From the NCBI GenBank assembly GCA_964484255.1, contig CAZAEH010000005.1, positions 1 to 59,890 of the forward strand: a DNA stretch of 59,890 bases. Reading direction: 5' to 3'. Below, piece by piece: positions 1 through 9,084 of the stretch. The notes beneath the pieces are model-generated. The model was not told the DNA's origin, searched no databases, and saw nothing but the letters and a program-made list of their open reading frames with translations. A program made the translations under genes and the position numbers. Source of the stretch: an uncultured Planctomycetia bacterium (GTDB taxonomy: Bacteria; Omnitrophota; Gorgyraeia; Pluralincolimonadales; Pluralincolimonadaceae). Every line of letters begins with the position of its first letter. The first letter of the stretch is position 1.

Positions 1-2547
1 GAAACTGCGGATGGCGACGGTAATACGGATATAATCTATTTTGCCCCAATAGAGGCGTCCGCGCTAAAGATAAACTGCGTACAGAGGGGAACAGGATGGG
101 GCAATTCCCTTTGGGACGTCACCTTCCTGGACGGTAATAGCCCTCCTATTGTCTCTTCAGCCGGTAAAGTCATAGATATCGATCTTCCTTCGAAGATGGA
201 CCTCGGCGGCATAGTGTTATCCTGGGGGGAGAGATATCCGAAAGATTATACTCTCGAGATATCCCCGGACGGGCAATACTGGAAAGAAGTGTTCAAGACA
301 TCGGAAGGTAACGGGAAGAAAGATTGGATATATTTCAAGTCTTCACCGGTAAAATTGTTCAGGATCAATTGTCTGGGTCCGCTGCCCAAGGGGGGTTTCG
401 AGCTTAAAGACTTTGAACCCAAGAGTTCCGAGGAGCAGGTTACTCCAATAAAGAGCTACCAGGCATTGGCCAAGGAAGCGCCGGCGGGATATTACCCGAT
501 GTGGCTCAGGAGGCTGCAGGAGTTCTGGACGGTAGTAGGCGACGCAGACTCCAACGATGAAGGCCTATTGAGCGAAACGGGGACATTCGAACCGTATAAG
601 AACGGTTTTTCGATCATGCCTTTCGTTTATGATGGTAAAGACCTTGTAACTTCCGAAAACTGCAAACTTGCTCAAAGCCTGCTTGACGATAACCTGCCCA
701 TACCGACCGCGACATGGGACCATGGCGATTGGATGCTGGATATAACGGCTGTAGCGGTATCTTCATCGGTATCAGAGGTCAGGTACCATTTTAAGAATAC
801 CGGTAAACAGGTCTTTACCGGGAATCTGTTCCTGGCCATAAGGCCTATCCAGGTCAATCCTGTATGGCAGAGGGGCGGGTTCAGCCCTATCAACAAGGTG
901 GAATGCAAGCCTCCGGTTTTATCCATAAACGGGCAGGACAAAATATTATCGGCGGAGCAGGACGTCAAGATGGGTGTATCCGGGATCACGACCGGTGATG
1001 TGGTTGAATACATGAAGAGAGGGGGTCTGCCGGCCTCGCAGGCGCTGTCTGACCCGGAAGGGATGATCTCAGCCGGACTCTGCTATGAACTGGTATCCGC
1101 TCCCGGCGAAGTCAGGGATTTTGTGATACAGGTACCGGCTTCCCGGCCGGTAATTGATTTCACGAAAGCTTTTGACCAGCAGCGCGCATACTGGTCCGAT
1201 ATCGAGAACAGGGTATTGATAGACATACCGGAGAAGAGGCTGATAGATGTGATGAGGACGAATATCGCCTATATCTTGATAAATAAGGACGGCCCGTGGA
1301 TAAAGCCCGGCTCGCGTAATTACAGCCATTCATGGATACGCGACGGGGCGCTTACCAGCGCGGCCCTCTTGAGGATGGGTATCGATAAACCCGTAAAACA
1401 GTGGCTCGATGCAGTCGCATCGAAAGTCGGTGCTAATGGTTATGTCCCATACATAGTATTCGAGGACGGGAATCCCGTCGGTTTTAACGATAACGGTTCG
1501 GGTGAAGGGGTTGAATGGGATGCCCAGGGAGAGTTTGTATACGCGGTCCGTAACTACGTGGATTATTCCGGGGACAGGGAATACCTGCCGGCCGTATATC
1601 CAAAAGTCGTAAAAGCGCTCGAGTTCATAAGGACACTCCGCCGCCGTACTATGACAAGCGAATTTTCCGGCGATCCCGCCATGAAAGCTTATTACGGGAT
1701 ATTGCCGAAATCCAACAGCCATGAGGGGTACTATCCCGCCCAGCACAGCTACTGGGATGATTTCTTCGCGATCAGGGGATTTAAGGACGGCATCTATCTT
1801 GCTGAAATGATGGGTGATACCGAGAACGCCGCTTGGATGCAGGAGGAGCTCGATGACCTTCGTAAATGCGTTTACGGTTCAATAGAGATCGTGGTTAAGA
1901 AGGGTAAACTCGATTATATCCCCGGATGTGTGGAAAAAGGCGATTTTGACGCTACATCTACGGCGATAGCCATAGTTGCCGCCGGAGAGCTTGATTATAT
2001 GCCAAAGGACCTGCTGAAAAAGACGTTCGATAAGTACTATAATGATTTCAAAAAAGGCATGGTGCCCGGGCACGAGAGGACCTTTACCCCGTATGAGGTC
2101 CGTTCTGCCAATGCTTTCTTCAAGATGGGCATGCGTGACCACGGGTTGACGATGCTGCGTTACTTCGTAAAAGATTCGGTCAGGCCTTACGGATGGAACC
2201 ACATGGCAGAGGTCGTGCATGCCAAGCCGCGGGCGCCGTCATATATTGGAGACATGCCTCATACCTGGGTGAGTTCCGGTTACATAGACGCCGTCCGGAC
2301 GATGTTCGTGTACGAGGACAACGGCAAGCTTGTGCTCGGCGCCGGGCTTGACCCGGAGTGGTTCGAGAAGGGGATAGAGGTAAGGGACCTTCCCACGCTT
2401 TACGGAAAAGTATGTTATAAAATAGTAAAAAAGGAAGATAAGATAGTATATTTTATATACGGTAACGCCAAACCTCCGAGGGGTTTCAAGTTCGTCCTTC
2501 CAAAAGAACTCGAAGGTTATAAGATCGAAGAGATGCGGGCTGAATGA
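1..2547 (+). CDS. Discoidin (F5/8 type C) domain-containing six-hairpin (alpha/alpha)6 glycosidase-like protein, 5'-truncated by the window edge
   Basis: Frame 1 is open from base 1 (ETADGDGNTDIIYFAP...GTGWGNSLWDV) into the listed ORF at 196, giving two discoidin-like units. The C-terminal part has PGSRNYSHSWIRDG, SHEGY, HSYWDD, TPYE and GDMPHTW motifs typical of GH15/GH63-like barrels. Confidence 0.7.
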   Translation, partial: ETADGDGNTDIIYFAPIEASALKINCVQRGTGWGNSLWDVTFLDGNSPPIVSSAGKVIDIDLPSKMDLGGIVLSWGERYPKDYTLEISPDGQYWKEVFKTSEGNGKKDWIYFKSSPVKLFRINCLGPLPKGGFELKDFEPKSSEEQVTPIKSYQALAKEAPAGYYPMWLRRLQEFWTVVGDADSNDEGLLSETGTFEPYKNGFSIMPFVYDGKDLVTSENCKLAQSLLDDNLPIPTATWDHGDWMLDITAVAVSSSVSEVRYHFKNTGKQVFTGNLFLAIRPIQVNPVWQRGGFSPINKVECKPPVLSINGQDKILSAEQDVKMGVSGITTGDVVEYMKRGGLPASQALSDPEGMISAGLCYELVSAPGEVRDFVIQVPASRPVIDFTKAFDQQRAYWSDIENRVLIDIPEKRLIDVMRTNIAYILINKDGPWIKPGSRNYSHSWIRDGALTSAALLRMGIDKPVKQWLDAVASKVGANGYVPYIVFEDGNPVGFNDNGSGEGVEWDAQGEFVYAVRNYVDYSGDREYLPAVYPKVVKALEFIRTLRRRTMTSEFSGDPAMKAYYGILPKSNSHEGYYPAQHSYWDDFFAIRGFKDGIYLAEMMGDTENAAWMQEELDDLRKCVYGSIEIVVKKGKLDYIPGCVEKGDFDATSTAIAIVAAGELDYMPKDLLKKTFDKYYNDFKKGMVPGHERTFTPYEVRSANAFFKMGMRDHGLTMLRYFVKDSVRPYGWNHMAEVVHAKPRAPSYIGDMPHTWVSSGYIDAVRTMFVYEDNGKLVLGAGLDPEWFEKGIEVRDLPTLYGKVCYKIVKKEDKIVYFIYGNAKPPRGFKFVLPKELEGYKIEEMRAE

Positions 2548-3341
2548 TAATCGATATCCATACGCATGCCTGGCCCGATAAGGTATCGGACAGGGCCAGG
2601 CATAACCTTGAATCGCTGTTTGGTGAAAAGATGGTCTGCGACCCCACGATAGACAACCTTCTCAGGCATATGGACAAAAATTCCATAGGCGTGAGCGTCA
2701 TATGTTCCGTGGCCACTAGACCGGTGCAGGTCCCGGCAATAAATAACTGGCTCTTTAAGACCCGCAGCAAAAGGTTGCGGGTCTTTTGCGCCATACACCC
2801 TGCTTACGACAAATGGAAGGAAGAGCTTAAAAGAATAAAAGACTCGGGGGACGGCATAAAGCTGCAGCCGGAGTTCCAGGATTTTTTTGTTGATGACGAT
2901 AAGGTAATGCCGCTTTACGAGGAAATGGAGAGACTTGATATACCTGTATTGTTCCATTGCGGCGAAGAACTTTCAGGGACGATGAAGGTACGCTCATCCC
3001 CGTCCAGGATATCGCGTATAAGGGAGAAATTCCCTGGCTTGAAGATGGTAGGTGCTCATTTCGGCGGTTTCAGGTTTTGGGAGGAGACTAAAAAATATCT
3101 GATAGGCAAGGATATATACCTGGATACTTCATTCTTTTTCGGCTACTTGCCTGATGCGGATGCCAGGCAGATGTTGCTGGCCCACCGACCGGACAGGATA
3201 CTCTTCGGAACGGATTTCCCCCTTACTGATCAGAGGAAGGATCTCGAGTATATCAGGAAGCTGGATATTCCTGCGGGACTCAAAGAAAGGATACTGGGTA
3301 TTAACGCCGAAGGATTATTGGAACAGAAGGCGGGCGTTTGA
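2544..3341 (+). CDS. Amidohydrolase_2 family metal-dependent TIM-barrel hydrolase
   Basis: N-terminal IIDIHTH (HxH), GIKLQP, VLFHCG, AHFGG, DTS and LFGTDFP motifs. ATGA overlap with the upstream gene. Confidence 0.85.
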   Translation: MIIDIHTHAWPDKVSDRARHNLESLFGEKMVCDPTIDNLLRHMDKNSIGVSVICSVATRPVQVPAINNWLFKTRSKRLRVFCAIHPAYDKWKEELKRIKDSGDGIKLQPEFQDFFVDDDKVMPLYEEMERLDIPVLFHCGEELSGTMKVRSSPSRISRIREKFPGLKMVGAHFGGFRFWEETKKYLIGKDIYLDTSFFFGYLPDADARQMLLAHRPDRILFGTDFPLTDQRKDLEYIRKLDIPAGLKERILGINAEGLLEQKAGV

Positions 3342-3370
3342 GTTGCGATAAAACGTTTTCCTGATTTTCC

Positions 3371-3399
3371 TTTACAACACGGCTCCCCAATCGTATAAT
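3371..3399 (+). promoter_or_regulatory. sigma70-type promoter upstream of recA
   Basis: TTTACA (3371-3376), 17 nt, TATAAT (3394-3399) in an AT-rich intergenic region. RBS GGAGG at 3521-3525. Confidence 0.7.
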
Positions 3400-3532
3400 A
3401 TTTACATAAAATCGGAGAAAAACAGCCCCGCCGAACAATTAATTTGAAAGAAAATCCCTCAAAGCTTCGTCTTTGAAATATGACAGGCGAAGTTCTTTGA
3501 TCATAACCCGTAAACCTTAAGGAGGGTAAAAT

Positions 3533-4558
3533 ATGGCAAGGAAGGAAGATAAACAGCAGGAGAAAGAGAAGGCTACTTCGGAGCGCACCAAGGCCCTTGA
3601 GCTTGCATTGGCACACATTGAAAAACAGTTCGGCAAGGGTTCTATAATGAAGCTTGGCGAAGAGACCCATGCGAAGGTCGAATCCATTCCTACCGGGGCC
3701 CTGTCTCTGGACATGGCCATAGGAGTAGGGGGTATACCCAGAGGACGAGTAATAGAGATATATGGGCCGGAATCATCCGGGAAGACCACTTTATCCCTGA
3801 GTATAATATCGGAAGCGCAAAAGAGGGGCGGCGTGGCAGCTTTTATAGATGCTGAGCATGCTTTCGACTCGTCATATGCTAGGAAACTCGGGGTGAACCT
3901 CGATGACCTTTTGATATCCCAACCCGACTCCGGCGAACAGGCGTTGGAGATCTGTGAGACCCTGGTAAAATCAAGCGCGGTTGACGTAGTCGTTGTGGAT
4001 TCCGTAGCGGCCCTTGTTCCGCGCGCAGAAATAGAAGGTGAGATGGGTGATTCACACGTAGGTTTACAGGCAAGGCTCATGTCACAGGCCCTTCGCAAAC
4101 TTACTTCATCGATAAGTAAATCGAAGACCGCCGTCATATTCATCAACCAGATAAGGGAAAAAATAGGCGTTATGTTCGGCAACCCGGAGACCACACCGGG
4201 AGGCCGCGCCCTGAAATTCTACTCATCGGTCAGGCTTGATATCAGGCGTATAGACAACATTAAGCAAAATGACCAATCGGTGGGCAGCAGGGTAAGGGTC
4301 AAGGTCGTAAAGAACAAAGTCGCTGCGCCTTTCAGGCAGGCGGAATTTGACATAATTTTCAACGAGGGCATATCAAGAACGGGTGACATTATAGATATAG
4401 CTGCTAATCTCGGGATAATTGAGAAGAGCGGGTCGTGGCTGACTTACGGTGATGAGAAGATAGGTCAGGGAAGGGAAAATGCCAAGACCTTCCTCAAGGA
4501 AAACCCGAAGCTTTTACATGAACTCGAGAAGAAGATCAGGGAAACAGCTACCGCATAA
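3533..4558 (+). CDS. recA: Recombinase A
   Basis: GPESSGKT Walker [33 protein letters not shown]. Confidence 0.99.
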   Translation: MARKEDKQQEKEKATSERTKALELALAHIEKQFGKGSIMKLGEETHAKVESIPTGALSLDMAIGVGGIPRGRVIEIYGPESSGKTTLSLSIISEAQKRGGVAAFIDAEHAFDSSYARKLGVNLDDLLISQPDSGEQALEICETLVKSSAVDVVVVDSVAALVPRAEIEGEMGDSHVGLQARLMSQALRKLTSSISKSKTAVIFINQIREKIGVMFGNPETTPGGRALKFYSSVRLDIRRIDNIKQNDQSVGSRVRVKVVKNKVAAPFRQAEFDIIFNEGISRTGDIIDIAANLGIIEKSGSWLTYGDEKIGQGRENAKTFLKENPKLLHELEKKIRETATA

Positions 4559-4585
4559 TAAATGAAATTTTAAGGGGGGATCGAA

Positions 4586-5992
4586 ATGTTTAGGCGATCA
4601 GTGATAGCGGTTTTTAGTGTTTCGTTGTCGTTTTGGTTTAGTTACGGTGTTTTTGCCGAAACACAGGATATTGCTTCCGTAAAATCACTGGAGAATGCCT
4701 TTGCAAATGTCGCGGACAGCGTCGGCCCGTCAGTGGTCTCTATCTCGACCGTCCATACTGCGAAGATCGGCGGTTCAAGACTCGGGAACGATGAGATGTT
4801 CCGGCAATTCTTCAAGGATTTTTTCGGAGATATCCCTGAACGTGAGTACATGCAAAGGGGGATCGGATCGGGGTTCATAATCGATAAAGACGGCTATATA
4901 CTGACTAACCAGCATGTTGTGGGATCGGCCGATAAGATCGAGGTAATACTGCCCGACGGCAGAAAATTTTCCGCGAGGATAATGGGGCAGGACATGAGAG
5001 CCGACCTGGCGGTGCTGAAAATAGACGCGACCGATCTTAAGGCCCTTGAGCTTGACGACTCGGACAGTGTAAGGATCGGTCAATTTGCGATAGCCATAGG
5101 TAACCCGTTTGGCATAGCCGCCAAACCTACGGTGACCGTAGGTGTTATAAGCGCCCTTAACAGGTCGCTACCCAGGTCCTCAAAGGGTGACCGCGACTAC
5201 TCTGACCTTATACAGACAGATGCGGCTATCAATCCCGGTAACAGCGGCGGGCCGCTTGTTGATATCGATGGAAAGGTAATCGGCATCAATGTAGCTATAA
5301 TATCGACTACCGGCGGCTACCAGGGAATAGGATTTGCCATACCCATAAATGTAGCCAAGAGGGTCCTTAATGACCTCATATCGGGCAAGAAGGTGCTTTA
5401 CGGCTGGCTCGGAGTAAATGTCCAGGACATTGACGAGGATCTTGCCAAGAGCTTTGGGATAGCAGATACCAAAGGCGTTGTAGTTGCCAAGGTCATGCCG
5501 GACAGCCCTGCCGAACAAGGCAAGATGAAGACGGGTGATATCATAAAGAGTTTTGACGGTAAGCCGGTTGAGAATGTGCGCGAACTTTTGAAGCTGGTAG
5601 GGCGGGCGCCTATAGGCAGTAAGGTAAAAGTCGGCGTCATTAGGGACAAGAAGAATTTGGCCCTCGATATAGTCATAGCCCAAAGGCCGGATTCGTTAGA
5701 GGATACCGCAGGAAACGAACCGGAAGGTGGGGTCTGGCGCGGCATAAGCGTTACCGAGAAAGAAGGTCAGGTCATAGTCTCTGATGTTGAACCCGGGACT
5801 CCGGCTGACATTGCAGGCCTGAGGCCGGGAGACAGGATAATTGAGCTCAACAGGCAGGCCATAAAATCGGCGGCTGACTACAATAGAATTATAAAGGCTG
5901 CCAAGGGAGATGTCCTGTTATTGACCACAAGGGGTTACGCCGTTATCAAGGAAGAGATGAAAGAAGGGCGGGGAAACAACGGAAACCGGTGA
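4586..5992 (+). CDS. degP: DegP/HtrA (Do family) periplasmic serine protease with two PDZ domains
   Basis: Signal peptide; triad motifs TNQHVV, ADLAVLK, GNSGGPL; QTDAAIN; two PDZ-like C-terminal regions. Confidence 0.93.
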   Translation: MFRRSVIAVFSVSLSFWFSYGVFAETQDIASVKSLENAFANVADSVGPSVVSISTVHTAKIGGSRLGNDEMFRQFFKDFFGDIPEREYMQRGIGSGFIIDKDGYILTNQHVVGSADKIEVILPDGRKFSARIMGQDMRADLAVLKIDATDLKALELDDSDSVRIGQFAIAIGNPFGIAAKPTVTVGVISALNRSLPRSSKGDRDYSDLIQTDAAINPGNSGGPLVDIDGKVIGINVAIISTTGGYQGIGFAIPINVAKRVLNDLISGKKVLYGWLGVNVQDIDEDLAKSFGIADTKGVVVAKVMPDSPAEQGKMKTGDIIKSFDGKPVENVRELLKLVGRAPIGSKVKVGVIRDKKNLALDIVIAQRPDSLEDTAGNEPEGGVWRGISVTEKEGQVIVSDVEPGTPADIAGLRPGDRIIELNRQAIKSAADYNRIIKAAKGDVLLLTTRGYAVIKEEMKEGRGNNGNR

Positions 5993-6482
5993 GAGCGGCG
6001 GGGACAAGGAATTACAAAGAGCGAGGGCGGATGCCTTAAGGCTTTTAAGGTTCCGCCCCCGCAGTATAAAGGAGATGGCCCTGCGTTTGAAGCAGAAGGG
6101 CCATCGCGGCATTATAATAGCTGCGACCATAGACAGCCTCAAAACTAAGGGTATGCTTGACGATCTGGCTTTCGCGAAATTGTGGATAGGCGACAGGATC
6201 TCGCTGAAACCCGCAGGGAAGAGCCTTATAGAGGGGGAACTCAGGTCTAAAGGTATCGACGATGCTACGATCGATGAGGCTTTCGGCGGATACGAAGGTT
6301 TATATGACGAATACGAGTTGGCGCTGCCGCTTGCCCGCAAAAAGATAAGAACGATCAGAGGGGTTGAGCCCGAGAAGGCCAAGAGGAAGGTCTTTGATTT
6401 TTTATTAAGAAGGGGCTTTTCCCGCAATACCATCTGGAAAGTTATCAAGGATAATTATGACTACGGACCAACTGAGGAGTAA
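5979..6482 (+). CDS. recX: Regulatory protein RecX (start uncertain: ACG at 5979 or ATG at 6075)
   Basis: The frame upstream of the listed ATG encodes ELQRARADALRLLRFRPRSIKE (RecX N-terminal repeat); further LDDLAFAKLW and FLLRRGFS motifs; recA...alaS context. Confidence 0.88.
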   Translation, partial: TETGESGGDKELQRARADALRLLRFRPRSIKEMALRLKQKGHRGIIIAATIDSLKTKGMLDDLAFAKLWIGDRISLKPAGKSLIEGELRSKGIDDATIDEAFGGYEGLYDEYELALPLARKKIRTIRGVEPEKAKRKVFDFLLRRGFSRNTIWKVIKDNYDYGPTEE

Positions 6483-9084
6483 ATTCCTGGCTTTTTTTGA
6501 AAGCAAAGGGCATCCCGTGATCCCTTCGGATTCCCTTGTTCCCAAGGACGATCCGACGGTCTTATTTACAAGTGCCGGGATGAACCAGTTCAAAGATTAT
6601 TTTCTCGGCAAACGCAAGGACCTTAGGCGCGCAGCCAGCTGCCAGAAATGCTTAAGGACCGGCGACCTGGATAATGTCGGTAAGACCCCTTCACACCATT
6701 CTTTCTTCGAAATGCTGGGTAATTTCTCTTTTGGAGACTATTTCAAGGAAGAAGCGATAGCATGGGCGTGGGAATTCCTTACAAAAGAGCTTGGAATGAA
6801 AGAAAAGGACCTGTGGGTATCTGTTTACAAGGATGACGATGAGGCCTACAGGATATGGAAGGACAAAATAAAGGTCCCGGAAGAGCGAATAGTCAAGTTT
6901 GGGGCTAAAGATAATTTCTGGCCTGCCAATGCGCCTGAAGACGGCCCGAATGGTCCATGCGGTCCGTGCTCCGAGATATATTTTGACCGTGGCGAAAAAT
7001 ACGGGTGCGGAAAACCCGATTGCAAGCCGGGTTGCTGCCGCAGGCATGTTGAGGTCTGGAACCTGGTCTTTACACAATTTAACAGGACCGGTTTGAATAC
7101 GTTGGAACCTTTGCCTAATAAGAATATCGATACCGGTATGGGCCTTGAGAGGCTTGCGTCGGTTATGCAGGGAGTTTCTACAAATTTTGAGACGGATATA
7201 TTCAAGCCTATAATCGATGGGATCGAATGCCTGGCCGGAAAAGCGGATATTGCCCACAGGAATGCTATTGCCGACCATGTAAGGGCCGCAGTGTTCTGTA
7301 TAACCGACGGTGTTTTGCCCGCCAATACCGGCAGGGGTTATGTGCTCAAGACCCTTATAAGGCGTTCTCTCGTGCACGGCAAGTTCCTCGGCCTTAACGA
7401 GCCTTTTCTCTATAAGCTCGTGGACAGTGTCCTGTTGGCCATGAAAGGCGGATACCCGGATATAGGCGAACGCAGGGAGAATATCAGTATAATCATAAAG
7501 TCCGAGGAGGAAAAGTTTTTCCAGATAAACGAAGATGTCAGGGTTGATCTCGAGATGCTTGCCGTTGCGCTCAAAAAGATCGGTAAAGATTTAGTATCCG
7601 GCGACAAGGTATTCTATTTCCATGATACCCGCGGACTTCCAATAGACCTGATGAAGGAGTTTGCCTCCGATGAAGGCCTGACACTCGATATGGACGGCTA
7701 TGAAAAACTTATGGATGAGCAGCGTAGGAAATCCCGCGGGTCGACGAAATTGACCGGGGAGGTCTTCGCTGAAACCCTTAGCGCGGCAGTGATGGGAACC
7801 GGCAGCAGATCGGAGTTTACCGGTTATGAGGCGTTGGCCTGTGATGCCAAGATCATAGCTTTGTTTAAGGGCAATAAGGCAGTAGGATCGATAACTGGCG
7901 CAGGTGAATTTGCAGCAGTTCTCGATGCCACCCCTTTTTACGGTGAGACCGGCGGGCAGGTAGGGGATACGGGTATTATAAAGGGAAACGGATACGAGAT
8001 AGAAGTTACGGATACCAAGCTCGCGGAGAAGATTCCGGTGCACATGTGCCGTATCGGATCGGGCGAAGTAAAGACCGGAGATAAAGTAAAGGCGGAGGTA
8101 GACGGTCCGAGGAGGGCGGCAATAGCGCGCCACCATACAGCCACTCATTTATTGCAGGCAGCCTTAAGGCAGGTTTTAGGAAAACATGTTAACCAGTCGG
8201 GTTCCCTTGTGGCGCCTGACAAACTGAGGTTCGATTTTACCCATTTTAAGCCTATGAGCTCCGAAGAGCTTCATGACGTCGAAGCCCTGGTAAATGAGAA
8301 TATACGGAAAGATTCCGCGCTCAGTATAAGCATAATGGACATAGATGAAGCGAAAAAAACCGGGGCAACGGCATTGTTCGGTGAAAAATACGACAAAAAA
8401 GTCCGCGTTGTAGATATAAAGGGCATATCAAAAGAATTCTGCGGTGGTACCCACCTGCGGGCTACCGGAGAGATAGGCCTCTTCAAGATCCTTAATGAAG
8501 GTTCGGTCGCCGCCGGTATAAGGAGGATAGAGGCAGTAGCCGGTGAAGCGGCGTATAAGAACGTGAAGGAATCGGAAGCCCTCCTGAAAGAGGTTGCGGA
8601 TTCCCTTATGGTCAGCCCCGAGATGCTGCCTGACCAGATCGAAAAGCTGCTTTTAAAAGTTGGCGATCTCGAGAAGAAGCTTAAGAACTTCCAATCGGGA
8701 TGGCTTAAAGACAAAGCAAAAGAACTTGTCTCAGGAAAGGAATTATTGGATAATGGTATTGCTATTGTAGCAAGAAGGATAGACGGTTGCGGCCCTGATA
8801 CGCTTGTAAACCTCACTGATGCTGTCAAATCCTCTCTTGGGAAGAGGGTTGTAAGTATCTTTGCCGGTGCTTATGAGGGCAAGGCGTTCATAGTCGCCGG
8901 GGTAACAAAGGACCTTGCCGGAGAAGGTCTTGATGCGCGCTTAGCGGTAAAAGCGATGTCGAAACTGATATCTGGCGGCGGCGGCGGCCGGCCGGACCTC
9001 TCGCAAGCAGGAGGCAGGGACATATCCAGGATCGATGAAGCGATAAAGGCCGGGGTCGAGGCCGTAAAAGGGATGGTCAAATGA
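6457..9084 (+). CDS. alaS: Alanine--tRNA ligase
   Basis: LFTSAGMNQFK, HHSFFEMLGNFSFGDYFK, DTGMGLER; editing domain HHTATHL and FCGGTH; C-terminal GGGGG. Confidence 0.99.
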   Translation: MTTDQLRSKFLAFFESKGHPVIPSDSLVPKDDPTVLFTSAGMNQFKDYFLGKRKDLRRAASCQKCLRTGDLDNVGKTPSHHSFFEMLGNFSFGDYFKEEAIAWAWEFLTKELGMKEKDLWVSVYKDDDEAYRIWKDKIKVPEERIVKFGAKDNFWPANAPEDGPNGPCGPCSEIYFDRGEKYGCGKPDCKPGCCRRHVEVWNLVFTQFNRTGLNTLEPLPNKNIDTGMGLERLASVMQGVSTNFETDIFKPIIDGIECLAGKADIAHRNAIADHVRAAVFCITDGVLPANTGRGYVLKTLIRRSLVHGKFLGLNEPFLYKLVDSVLLAMKGGYPDIGERRENISIIIKSEEEKFFQINEDVRVDLEMLAVALKKIGKDLVSGDKVFYFHDTRGLPIDLMKEFASDEGLTLDMDGYEKLMDEQRRKSRGSTKLTGEVFAETLSAAVMGTGSRSEFTGYEALACDAKIIALFKGNKAVGSITGAGEFAAVLDATPFYGETGGQVGDTGIIKGNGYEIEVTDTKLAEKIPVHMCRIGSGEVKTGDKVKAEVDGPRRAAIARHHTATHLLQAALRQVLGKHVNQSGSLVAPDKLRFDFTHFKPMSSEELHDVEALVNENIRKDSALSISIMDIDEAKKTGATALFGEKYDKKVRVVDIKGISKEFCGGTHLRATGEIGLFKILNEGSVAAGIRRIEAVAGEAAYKNVKESEALLKEVADSLMVSPEMLPDQIEKLLLKVGDLEKKLKNFQSGWLKDKAKELVSGKELLDNGIAIVARRIDGCGPDTLVNLTDAVKSSLGKRVVSIFAGAYEGKAFIVAGVTKDLAGEGLDARLAVKAMSKLISGGGGGRPDLSQAGGRDISRIDEAIKAGVEAVKGMVK

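Noticed and set aside
3431-3446. CGAACAATTAATTTG as a Gram-positive LexA (Cheo) box
   Set aside because: The right half-site GTTC is missing.
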